Below, piece after piece: positions 1-7,582 of a DNA stretch of 10,676 nucleotides. The DNA comes from Candidatus Thorarchaeota archaeon. GTDB lineage: Archaea > Asgardarchaeota > Thorarchaeia > Thorarchaeales > Thorarchaeaceae. Under the pieces are notes generated by a model, which was not told the DNA's origin, did not search any database, and worked only from the letters and a program-made list of their open reading frames with translations. The position numbers were made by a program, and so were the translations under genes. The stretch spans positions 1-10,676 of the forward strand of contig JAWOEX010000015.1 in assembly GCA_046482545.1 (NCBI GenBank), read 5' to 3'. The first letter of the stretch is position 1; each line of letters begins with the position of its first letter.

Positions 1-18
1 CATCCATAAAGGCTTCAT
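1..18 (-). CDS. Possible 5' start of a gene running off the left edge (MKPLWM...)
   Basis: Minus-strand ATG at 18-16 preceded by RBS-like GGTGGAG. Only 6 codons are visible. Confidence 0.3.
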
Positions 19-170
19 AACCGCTCCACCATATTCATTTCTGCTATTTTTCTCCTATTTCTCCAAAGAGAGGCTATAATTGCTTAACTCAGAGTGCCTT
101 TGCCGATTTTTCCCGGTTTTTGGTTAATTTTGTACTATTTCGGTATATGAAATGCGCATTCACATCTCTT

Positions 171-294
171 TCCGAAGTGAGCAGACCGAAAGTATGACTC
201 GTGCTGCACCTAGAGTTGTCAAGATTTGAGCAGAACCTCAAGAAACTGTACCTCCATCCTCAGCATTTCTTAGTTAGTTTTGGTTTTGCAGTGT
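171..294 (+). repeat. Repeat copy 1: last few nt of 23S rRNA plus 3' trailer and T-rich tail
   Basis: 171-266 aligns with 10279-10375 with few differences. Invariant core GTACCTCCATCCTCAGCAT at 248-266. The tail TTAGTTAGTTTTG is shared with copy 2 and TTTTGCAGTGT with copy 3. Confidence 0.93.
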
Positions 295-403
295 AATTTT
301 GTGAACAGAAGAGATGATTCTCCATCTGAAGAAACCTTGAGCATGAACAGGCAGTAGAGATATCAGATGCCAAGTAGGTACAGTCCTAGATTGGATCCCA
401 TTC

Positions 404-1300
404 ATGAAGGTGGTAAGACTGAATTTGGATTTTCAGGACTGCTTCGTTACGCCTGCAAGTCACAAAGAGCTCGCATTCGAGGGCACAGCAGGTAAGAAAG
501 AGGCATGGCAGAATGGATTTCTCCGTGCAGTTGATGATGACATAGAATATCCAGTAGCAGATGGAATTCCTGACTTCACAGAGATGTCAAAAAGAACTTG
601 GAGTGGTGGGGATGCAGATCGTACACCTCGCATGGATTGGATTCAGAGTAGCTGGAAAGACCACCTCCAAACTCTCCGGGAACACCATGATCACGCCTAC
701 TACTCCTTTGCCCGTCACATAGCAGAGAACCCCGGACTGGTGCTTGATATCGCAAGTGGCCCCGGTGGTGGGGCAATGCCAGCCTTGCTTTTCTTCGATT
801 CCAAAGCCAATATACTCATGACCGATCTGGGTGTCTCGGTGCTTTCATTGTGGCAGAAGCACTTGGACAGCATGGACGTTGGGGAGAACGTATCGTTTGC
901 AGGAATGGACGTTACGGTGTTACCCATTCGGAGCAAGAGCATGGATTATGTTACTGATAGCGGGGGCTTTGGGAATGTTGACAATAACAATGTCGCGCTG
1001 GCAGAAGCTTATCGAGTATTGAAGTCCGGTGGATATCTCTTCCTGAACGATGCCATTACAGAAGGACTCGACCAGTTTCCTGATGAAATCTACAAGGACT
1101 TAGTTTCGAAACAGCCTCACCACGAAGCGGGCTGGGAGGAACTCGTGAGATCATGTGGATTTGAGGTTCTGGAGACGAATATTTGGTCACAGTCACGACG
1201 TCGAATGAAGCATGATGAGAGTGATCTTGGCCCCTTGGCGAGAAAGCAAGACGTTGAAATATACTTCACTGGCTTCTCCCTTGCCGCTAAGAAACCATGA
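404..1300 (+). CDS. Class I SAM-dependent methyltransferase with N-terminal Trm112-like domain
   Basis: 298 aa. Motif I VLDIASGPGG, acidic residue after strand 2 (MTDLG), DVTVLP, MDYV, and ALAEAYRVLKSGGYL. The N-terminus ...GFL...EYPVADGIPDF resembles the Trm112 YPIxDGIP signature. Confidence 0.9.
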   Translation: MKVVRLNLDFQDCFVTPASHKELAFEGTAGKKEAWQNGFLRAVDDDIEYPVADGIPDFTEMSKRTWSGGDADRTPRMDWIQSSWKDHLQTLREHHDHAYYSFARHIAENPGLVLDIASGPGGGAMPALLFFDSKANILMTDLGVSVLSLWQKHLDSMDVGENVSFAGMDVTVLPIRSKSMDYVTDSGGFGNVDNNNVALAEAYRVLKSGGYLFLNDAITEGLDQFPDEIYKDLVSKQPHHEAGWEELVRSCGFEVLETNIWSQSRRRMKHDESDLGPLARKQDVEIYFTGFSLAAKKP

Positions 1301-1307
1301 AGGCTCC

Positions 1308-1370
1308 CAAGATTTGACAGAACCTCACAGAAGCAGTACCTCCATCCTCAGCATCTGTTAGTTAGTTTTG
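1308..1370 (+). repeat. Repeat copy 2 (most 5'-truncated copy of the rRNA 3' trailer)
   Basis: CAAGATTTGA at 1308-1317, GAACCTCA, core at 1336-1354 and tail TTAGTTAGTTTTG. Begins 7 nt after the methyltransferase stop codon. Confidence 0.92.
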
Positions 1371-1451
1371 ATTGCATTGCCTTTGAAGAATACAAGATAG
1401 GTGGATTTTTCCTGCGCTGCAATCTGATTATTGATATGATAGAAATGACGG

Positions 1452-1487
1452 AAAAAAAGAGGTAGAGGAACACTTTTCGTGCTCCTC
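1452..1487 (-). terminator. Hairpin plus oligo-T terminator of the 1512-2675 gene
   Basis: The minus strand reads GAGGAGCAC-GAAAA-GTGTTCCTC (9 bp with one G-U), then TACCTC and T7, starting about 25 nt after the stop. Confidence 0.7.
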
Positions 1488-1511
1488 ACTTAGAAATTCA
1501 TACTTGGACTA

Positions 1512-2675
1512 TCAGAATTTACTTTCAGCATTATAGCCTTCAATCATAAAGACGTATTCAACAACTTGCGTATGTTGACCTGCCATAAATTGGAGATCAA
1601 TATATTCACTAATTCCGTCATTATGGTTCGCTCCCAATGTGCCTATTCGACGATCATCACTGTTTTTAAGCAGATTAATCACATTTCCCTCTCTTGAATG
1701 CCCTGCATATACAAGAGGTAGTTCGATAACTGAGCCATCTGCAAGCCTAGCAAATAACTGGACCGAGTCAATGTGGGAGATTGTTTGAGGATGTTCAGTT
1801 AGTCTCAAGTAGTGCTTGTTACGCACTGTAGCTGGGGTTGTAACCAGTCTAGATCCAAAAGTAACATCATCTTCAGCATGGATACTGAGAAGCTCTTCGG
1901 TGACGTACTGTGTCCCATCATATACAGACAAGTACGGACAACCACCACCTTCGCTTTCACCGTCATCATATCTATAAACCAGAGATTCAGTGGTTGTCAC
2001 TTCTGTATATACTTGACTCTGCTGGAAGCGAGTCTTAAACTCGAAGTAAATCTCATAGGTTCCTTCGAGTGTAGGATCAACTTCGAGGTTGAATCCAAAA
2101 CGCATTCCTCGTTGGCTATCAGATTTATAGATAATATCATTGAAGTATCGCGCGTATGCCGTGTATGTTGTACGTCCTGTTGCAGATCCAGTTTCTCCTT
2201 GTGCTGCTTTTGTGATGTAACTGATTGGCAGTAGCCCCTCCGGTGAAATATCTCCCAAGAACGTCCACAAATTTTCAAGTACTTGTTGCTCTGCTCCGGA
2301 TTCTTCTGGACTTACCATAACGCTTAACGAACTAAACTCGTCGCCCAGCAAAGGTTGATCATTTGGTTTATATCCCCAGACCTTGATCCACATTTTGCTG
2401 GGTCCGAAATAATAGGGCGTGTTATCTCCCCAATCTCCAATGCTCATAAGAGATGCATAGAAACGTGGATGCGTATCTGAATGATATTCGCCTTGTGAGT
2501 AACCATATTCCACATTGCTTCCGTGTTTGCCTATTGGGTAAGAATTAACCTCGGCTGTTACTCCTTTTTCCCCTGTTTCATACCATGCAGCCACTGGTAT
2601 GGTTCCATATGCTAACATCAAAATCATCATCAGTGATAAAATGGCAGCTATTTTAGTATTTAGTTTTCTATTCAA
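1512..2675 (-). CDS. Secreted/cell-surface hypothetical protein
   Basis: 387 aa, TTG start. Signal peptide (MNRKLNTKIAAILSLMMILMLAYGTIPVAA) and a Tyr/Gly/Ser/Thr-rich beta-type body. C-terminal module GGGCPYLSVYDG...LRLTEHPQTISHIDSVQL is a 'CPxLxxxDG' pattern I recall from other extracellular proteins. Confidence 0.85.
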   Translation of the reverse strand: MNRKLNTKIAAILSLMMILMLAYGTIPVAAWYETGEKGVTAEVNSYPIGKHGSNVEYGYSQGEYHSDTHPRFYASLMSIGDWGDNTPYYFGPSKMWIKVWGYKPNDQPLLGDEFSSLSVMVSPEESGAEQQVLENLWTFLGDISPEGLLPISYITKAAQGETGSATGRTTYTAYARYFNDIIYKSDSQRGMRFGFNLEVDPTLEGTYEIYFEFKTRFQQSQVYTEVTTTESLVYRYDDGESEGGGCPYLSVYDGTQYVTEELLSIHAEDDVTFGSRLVTTPATVRNKHYLRLTEHPQTISHIDSVQLFARLADGSVIELPLVYAGHSREGNVINLLKNSDDRRIGTLGANHNDGISEYIDLQFMAGQHTQVVEYVFMIEGYNAESKF

Positions 2676-3030
2676 TTAAATTCCCGATGAACTCCGTTCA
2701 CCAACCATTAAATCTCAAAATACTATTTAAGGACTATACTTTTCAAGTAATCTTGCCACACTATGACTATATAGATAGAAGGCTAGTAAACATAACTCAT
2801 CTACCAGTCTATATTCATTACAAAACTACCACAGGTCCAAATGACTAAATGAAGTAGATGACAACTCGCTTTGGTTTCCGTAACATAACTTCATCTCCGT
2901 ATCCTCTTCCAATTAGAATCAGAGCTATCAAGATGTACTTTGTCTGAAATTCTTGAAGGCCAATGTTATCCGCGTTTTTCTCCGATAATTTTAAATGAGA
3001 CTCAGATGTATCTCAAAATGTGGAAGGGTT

Positions 3031-3615
3031 ATGAAAATAGGGGGGTTAATACGCAGGTTAGAGTTACTCTTACTAGCTATCCTGAATCTGGTTATTCCTT
3101 TTGTTCCCTGGTTTGGATTTTCAGGAGACATTGTTCATGTAGCTGTAGAAGAGCCGTATCCCGTAACAGGGGAGATTTATGGTTTTGGAGTAGGTCAACT
3201 GGACAGATGGAGTGGCCAAGTAACGATGTGGTCCAATGACACGCAGTTCAACTCAACATACAGCGATTTCTGGTTCGGTATATTACCCATCGTGAGCGGT
3301 TTGCTGCTCGTAATACTTGGAGTGGGGTACCACAGAATTCGTACGAGGCGAATCCGACAGGCTATGATTATCCTAGCGATTGTCTTCTCTGTGTCTGCTT
3401 TCGTCGTTGCCATGCTCTATGTTCCCCGGGTATTGATAATACAAGCTCAGATTCCAGACCTAGCTATCGATGCTGACTTCATGTTCAGAAACGAATTCAC
3501 AATCGGGCTGGGTCTGGGGCCTTTCATGAGTCTGTTTTCGGCCATCTTCTGCATCTTGTTTCTTGGAACGCTGGCACAAGAGGATGACAAATCTGAATCA
3601 GCGGAATCTCACTAA
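3031..3615 (+). CDS. Four-TM integral membrane hypothetical protein
   Basis: ORF 2995-3615. ATG 3031 (MKIGG) is preferred because purine-rich GGAAGGG lies just upstream. Four hydrophobic segments, with a basic cytoplasmic loop HRIRTRRIR. Confidence 0.8.
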   Translation: MKIGGLIRRLELLLLAILNLVIPFVPWFGFSGDIVHVAVEEPYPVTGEIYGFGVGQLDRWSGQVTMWSNDTQFNSTYSDFWFGILPIVSGLLLVILGVGYHRIRTRRIRQAMIILAIVFSVSAFVVAMLYVPRVLIIQAQIPDLAIDADFMFRNEFTIGLGLGPFMSLFSAIFCILFLGTLAQEDDKSESAESH

Positions 3616-3648
3616 AGCACAATGATTGAGGTTGGATATGATAACCGT

Positions 3649-3734
3649 ACCTAGAGTTGCCAAGATTTGAGCGGAACCTCAGAAAAGCAGTACCTCCATC
3701 CTCAGCATTTCAGTTTGTTTTGTTTTTGCAGTGT
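3649..3734 (+). repeat. Repeat copy 3 (5'-truncated rRNA 3' trailer)
   Basis: ACCTAGAGTTGCCAAGATTTGAGCGGAACCTCA, core at 3690-3708, T-rich tail ending TTTTGCAGTGT. Begins 33 nt after the stop at 3615. Confidence 0.93.
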
Positions 3735-3828
3735 GATTGATAGAAATGATGAGATAATATTTTATTCAAGGATAAGGCCGAAAATACTATCAGGGAAACA
3801 TCTAATCGCATATACAGGAGATGGTATT

Positions 3829-4377
3829 TTGAAGGGGCATACCACCAGAGAAGGACGGAGCATTTCGATATCTGGATACAAAGCTTTGGGGTTGCTCATA
3901 CTGGTAGCCATAGTAACCGCGAGCATAGTCGTGGTTGGTCTAACGCCTGTTCATAGAACGGATATCCAGCATTCAGACCCCGAAGGTGATGTATCAGATC
4001 CGAATTGCGATATAGTACAGATTACCTCGTATCGGGATGGAATCTACGTTGCCGTTGAAATGCAGGTGGCTGGGAGTGTACAAGAAAACAATGATTCCTT
4101 ACCCTATGGTTATTGGCTGATAGTCGTCTTGAGAGGCATTGAAGAGGGCCATACCGATTCTCATATCCTTAGTCTCTACTATGAGGACGGAACCACCTCA
4201 GAACCCAATCTTCCCGTTTCTGTCGAAAATGATTCGCTGAGACTATTGGTTCCTTTCAGCTGCTTCAATCCCGATTCGTACATGATTGGGCTTGAAGGGG
4301 CAGCCTCGAACGGACTTGAAGAGGATCTAACCCCAGTTGATAGGAATGGGACCGTGGCCAGAATGTTACTCCCCTAA
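3829..4377 (+). CDS. Membrane-anchored/secreted hypothetical protein with acidic beta-rich domain
   Basis: In frame with ORF 3667-4377, whose listed start lies inside the repeat. TTG 3829 follows AGGAG (3816-3820). One N-terminal TM helix (ALGLLILVAIVTASIVVVGL), then SDPEGDVSDPNCDI and alternating beta-strand patterns. Start codon uncertain. Confidence 0.75.
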   Translation: MKGHTTREGRSISISGYKALGLLILVAIVTASIVVVGLTPVHRTDIQHSDPEGDVSDPNCDIVQITSYRDGIYVAVEMQVAGSVQENNDSLPYGYWLIVVLRGIEEGHTDSHILSLYYEDGTTSEPNLPVSVENDSLRLLVPFSCFNPDSYMIGLEGAASNGLEEDLTPVDRNGTVARMLLP

Positions 4378-4416
4378 CCTGTTCTTTTCTGGCTGTTATG
4401 CTCAGACTGCAGGAAG

Positions 4417-4517
4417 AGACCGAAGGTATAACTCGTGCTGCACCTAGAGTTGCCAAGATTTGAGCAGAACCTCATGAAACATGTACCTCCATCCTCAGCA
4501 TTTCTCATTCAGTTTTG
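4417..4517 (+). repeat. Repeat copy 4 (5'-truncated rRNA 3' trailer)
   Basis: AGACCGAAGGTATAACTCGTGCTGCACCTAGAGTTGCCAAGATTTGAGCAGAACCTCA, core at 4483-4501. Begins 39 nt after the stop at 4377. Confidence 0.93.
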
Positions 4518-4623
4518 ATGTCTTACAGTGTTGTTTTTGCAGAAAGAGTTGGTATTCCGATTCTCAGTTGTCCCACACAAAACAGATGATACCTTATTGC
4601 GAGCAATATCTAAACGCGAACAA

Positions 4624-4651
4624 ATCAAGAATAGGCAAATTTTACAAAAAT
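4624..4651 (+). repeat. 28-bp imperfect direct repeat, left copy (flanks the structured RNA)
   Basis: ATCAAGAATAGGCAAATTTTACAAAAAT versus ATCAAGAATAGACAAGTTCTACGAGAAT at 5190-5217. 23/28 identical, and all differences are transitions. Confidence 0.65.
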
Positions 4652-4731
4652 CCTAAAAAATCCGAGTGGAAGAGTGTAAAAGATCTGTAAGATTTCCTGT
4701 AAGTGCTACTCTAGACCCAGGGCGGTATGAC

Positions 4732-4738
4732 TTTATTA
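4732..4738 (+). promoter_or_regulatory. Putative TATA box for the structured RNA
   Basis: TTTATTA about 25-30 nt upstream of the start of the GC-rich structured segment. Confidence 0.45.
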
Positions 4739-4763
4739 GGTCCAGTACGAAATTTCGTTTCAG

Positions 4764-5171
4764 TAGGACTAGGCAAGTGGGCTAGTGCTCTGACACGACG
4801 CGCGCGGCTGAAAGCTGTGAGGTGGACTCGTTCCCCTAAGCAGAAGTCCCCACTCTCCCCCAACGGTTCTCCATCAGACCGGGGAGAGTCCGCGGCTGTT
4901 CACCTCGTCTGTAATGGGCCATCTCTGCGGCGGTGACAATGTTGAGGTGGGTGATCATGACCACGCCGTGGCAAGAACTGTGGAAGACCTCGCTGTCGCC
5001 GGGAGTGATGACCCAGGATGACAACAGGAGAAAGAAGCCAGGACCGCGGGAGGAATCCCATTCCTGTGAACGTGGACAAAGCCCCTGCTGACTCACGGGC
5101 CTACGGGTACCGTGGGGGCGGCGACGCTGGCAGGGGAAGGGTGGAACACAGAAGTTTCATGCAGTTCCTAG
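4764..5171 (+). ncRNA. Unidentified large structured ncRNA candidate (~410 nt)
   Basis: GC-rich with no credible ORF. Nested helices: 4819-4827/4898-4906, 4852-4860/4881-4889, 4931-4938/4994-5001, 4944-4948/4987-4991, 5024-5029/5062-5067, 5082-5089/5129-5136 and 5092-5098/5110-5116. Tetraloops c(UACG)g 5102-5105, GCGA 5121-5124 and GGAA 5052-5055. The G-U pairs and tetraloops work on the + strand. Boundaries approximate. Confidence 0.7.
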
Positions 5172-5189
5172 AACTGTAAGAAATGGGTT

Positions 5190-5217
5190 ATCAAGAATAG
5201 ACAAGTTCTACGAGAAT
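5190..5217 (+). repeat. 28-bp imperfect direct repeat, right copy
   Basis: 23/28 identity with 4624-4651. Confidence 0.65.
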
Positions 5218-5288
5218 GAATAACTACTAGAGAACCGTTAATTTCTCATAATCATCAATATATATCCAAGCTGATACATGGAACGATT

Positions 5289-5777
5289 TTATTTCGGAGT
5301 TTGTCTTCTCCTAACAATAACGTCAACCGCCGCTATGCCGAACATAACTGCGGCTACAACAAACACCCGTGGATGCGGAGTTGTCCTAAAAACATGCAAA
5401 TCAAAATAGGCGCCCTCGGCGCTGCTGTTGGATGGCGTGACGAAGGCCACATATGTCCCGGACGAAAGCGGGAGTACTTCGGTGTGTTGTTCTACCTCTT
5501 CGATTTCATATAGGATAGTGCAGTTCTCAAGAGACTCCTCCTCAAAAGCGGTTAACGCCTCGTCATATGTCATTACCAGGATATCGAAGCTCTCATTTCC
5601 CAGTGGATAGATATCCAAATCAACGGTAATGCTTCCAGTTGTTTGGACCACATGCCCATAGTATGTTCCACCGTCCATGAAGTCGCCATTTTCCACAATC
5701 ACGTCGGGAATGAATGCGACAATACACAGCACGACCCCAACGATGACGAATGCCTTAGCTCTGTTGGTATTGGTCAT
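5289..5777 (-). CDS. Two-TM membrane protein with acidic extracytoplasmic domain (ABC operon accessory subunit)
   Basis: ORF 5289-5804. ATG 5777 (MTNTNRAK) is preferred: it follows the permease stop (TGA-A-ATG) and a GGAGG RBS. TM helices at both termini. Confidence 0.8.
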   Translation of the reverse strand: MTNTNRAKAFVIVGVVLCIVAFIPDVIVENGDFMDGGTYYGHVVQTTGSITVDLDIYPLGNESFDILVMTYDEALTAFEEESLENCTILYEIEEVEQHTEVLPLSSGTYVAFVTPSNSSAEGAYFDLHVFRTTPHPRVFVVAAVMFGIAAVDVIVRRRQTPK

Positions 5778-5778
5778 T

Positions 5779-6606
5779 TCATATCTCCCTCCACATGAAT
5801 GCAATGAGTCCGATTACAAGCAACACGATTCCAAGGATGAACGATGCTGTCATAGGTACGAAGACATCAAGAAAGGACACCTCTAGCCCCCTGAATACTG
5901 CAATATCTCCGAGCATATAGACAATAATGGATTGAACCGGGTAGAATATCCCTTGGATCAACTGGCTACTTGCAGGGTTCGTGGCAAGGGTCAGGCCCGC
6001 CATCCAGCCACCTATCCCCGTAACGAGCGTAGCAGGCGCGCTCTTCGAGACAACCGCAACGAGTGTGCATGCGGATCCAAGGAGAAATGCGAATGACCAC
6101 TGGGTTAGCATCAAGAGGAGAATCAATGGGATATGGGGGAGAACTGGAAAGAAAAAGAACAATGCAAGTATCGAGCTTACATTGGCGGTAATGGCTGTTA
6201 CAAGAATCGCCGTTCCGGTTTTTGTTAGAAGCACTCTTGGTCTAGTTGTAGGATACGACAACAGCGTCCGCAGTTCACCGTTCGAGAACCCCTGTGCAAG
6301 AGTGAACGCAATCAGAAGCGGGACAAGGAGTATGAGGACGAACAGAGAGCTCTGAAACGTATGAAAGTATGCCATGGCAATGCGTTCCCGCGCGATTTGC
6401 TCTGCGCGCTCGATTGCTCCTGTACTGCTCCACCATTCAGCGCCTGGTGCCAAGTATACGCCTACGTTCCACATATACTGCGATAGCACGGTGTATGACA
6501 GCACAAAGAGCATGATGGATACGATGCTAGCAAGTGACGGAAATCTGTATGACCCTTCAAAATTGAGGCGGAACAACCGCCAGAGCCTGTTCCTACGCTT
6601 TGCCAC
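5779..6606 (-). CDS. ABC-2 type transporter permease
   Basis: 275 aa, about 6 TM helices. Motif GELRTLLSYPTTRPRVLLTK is typical of ABC-2 permeases. GTG start with AGGTGA RBS, overlapping the ATPase stop. Confidence 0.9.
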   Translation of the reverse strand: MAKRRNRLWRLFRLNFEGSYRFPSLASIVSIMLFVLSYTVLSQYMWNVGVYLAPGAEWWSSTGAIERAEQIARERIAMAYFHTFQSSLFVLILLVPLLIAFTLAQGFSNGELRTLLSYPTTRPRVLLTKTGTAILVTAITANVSSILALFFFFPVLPHIPLILLLMLTQWSFAFLLGSACTLVAVVSKSAPATLVTGIGGWMAGLTLATNPASSQLIQGIFYPVQSIIVYMLGDIAVFRGLEVSFLDVFVPMTASFILGIVLLVIGLIAFMWREI

Positions 6607-7519
6607 TCTTGGTCACCTTCCTATAGACGTCCTCAAGGTTTCCCGTCCCTTCTATCTCAAACACATCCGTATTCGCGTCTTTAGCGATTCGTTCCACTTT
6701 CGATTCTATTTGTTCAGCGACATTCGGGGTTACCTCGATTATCACCGTCGAGGAACCGGTGACAAGTACATCTATCACACCATCTTCATGTTCTAGAGCT
6801 TGAGACAAGCGCTTGGCGTCCGGTGTCAATACCTTGAACCTGTTCTCAGTATGTTTCCTGATAAGCTCAGAAACGAGCCCGGAATCTATTACCTTCCCGG
6901 ATTGGATAAATGCTACATTGTGACAAGCTCGCTCAACCTCTGATAGAATATGTGAAGATAGGAAAAACGAGACCCCCTCCTCCTCGTACAGATCAACCAA
7001 GAGACGAATCACTATGTCCCGCCCGTCAACATCCAAGTTCGATGTGGGCTCATCTAGAAACACGAGTTCCGGGTTTCCGATAATCGCCTGTGCAATACCG
7101 AGCCTTCGCTTCATCCCTGCAGAGAATTCCCCTATCTTCCGATCTGCTGCATCGCTCAGGTTGACAAGTGACAAGACTTCAGTCGACTCCTTGCAAGTTG
7201 GATACATTGACCCAACAAGATCCAGATATCGCTTCGCAGCCATCGAGGGATAGTAATAGGGGTGTTCATGGAGAACTCCAATTCTTTCTCTTATTCCCCC
7301 GTCTTCGTTGATGGATTGCCCAAAGATGGATGCATGACCACCATCGGGCTTCGCTAGTCCTAGGAGTATTCTCAGAAGAGTGGTTTTCCCTGCTCCATTG
7401 GGCCCGATGAGTCCAAATATGCCGGCGCTAATGTTGAGCGTTAATCCATCAAGCGCTTTCACATTTCCGAAGCTTTTGTGTAGGCTGTCAACAAATATGA
7501 TGTTACCTCGGCCGGTCAT
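6593..7519 (-). CDS. ABC-2 type transporter ATP-binding protein
   Basis: 308 aa. Walker A GPNGAGKT, signature FSAGMKRR, Walker B/D-loop VFLDEPTSNLD and H-loop SSH. Confidence 0.96.
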   Translation of the reverse strand: MTGRGNIIFVDSLHKSFGNVKALDGLTLNISAGIFGLIGPNGAGKTTLLRILLGLAKPDGGHASIFGQSINEDGGIRERIGVLHEHPYYYPSMAAKRYLDLVGSMYPTCKESTEVLSLVNLSDAADRKIGEFSAGMKRRLGIAQAIIGNPELVFLDEPTSNLDVDGRDIVIRLLVDLYEEEGVSFFLSSHILSEVERACHNVAFIQSGKVIDSGLVSELIRKHTENRFKVLTPDAKRLSQALEHEDGVIDVLVTGSSTVIIEVTPNVAEQIESKVERIAKDANTDVFEIEGTGNLEDVYRKVTKSGKA

Positions 7520-7558
7520 ATTCCCACCTTAACCAACAATCAAGTTCAAAATTTCTGG

Positions 7559-7573
7559 GCATATATTTGTTTT
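7559..7573 (-). promoter_or_regulatory. Putative BRE/TATA promoter of the ABC operon
   Basis: The minus strand reads AAAACAAATATATG about 40-55 nt upstream of ATG 7519. Confidence 0.45.
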
Positions 7574-7582
7574 GGCAAAAAT

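Noticed and set aside
250-255. ACCTCC in the core resembles the 16S anti-Shine-Dalgarno sequence
   Set aside because: The preceding GGATC and helix 45 context are missing, and the upstream sequence in copy 5 is LSU-like. A 6-nt match is not informative.
171-294. Repeat as a MITE or tRNA-derived att site
   Set aside because: No terminal inverted repeats or TSDs, and no T-arm GTTCRA or acceptor-stem pattern. All copies are co-oriented and 5'-truncated.
3667-3828. N-terminal extension of ORF 3667-4377, and ORFs 4481-4690 and 4265-4456
   Set aside because: They start within or read through the non-coding repeat (shared YLHPQHFS peptide), and the repeat copies contain frameshifting indels.
4624-4651. 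28-bp repeat as a Xer/dif site
   Set aside because: The length fits, but the 11-bp arms are not inverted repeats and lack the TAA-N6-TTA centre.
4727-5096. ORFs 4727-4936 (+) and 4836-5096 (-)
   Set aside because: Short, with no protein-like features. The sequence is better explained by RNA secondary structure.
4764-5171. Canonical RNase P RNA or SRP RNA call
   Set aside because: The P4 pseudoknot cannot form (GAAGTCCCC lacks a GGGG-CT partner after ACAGAA), and the SRP helix 8 motif lacks the GNRA loop and AGCA. Group II intron domain V and group I core motifs were also not seen.
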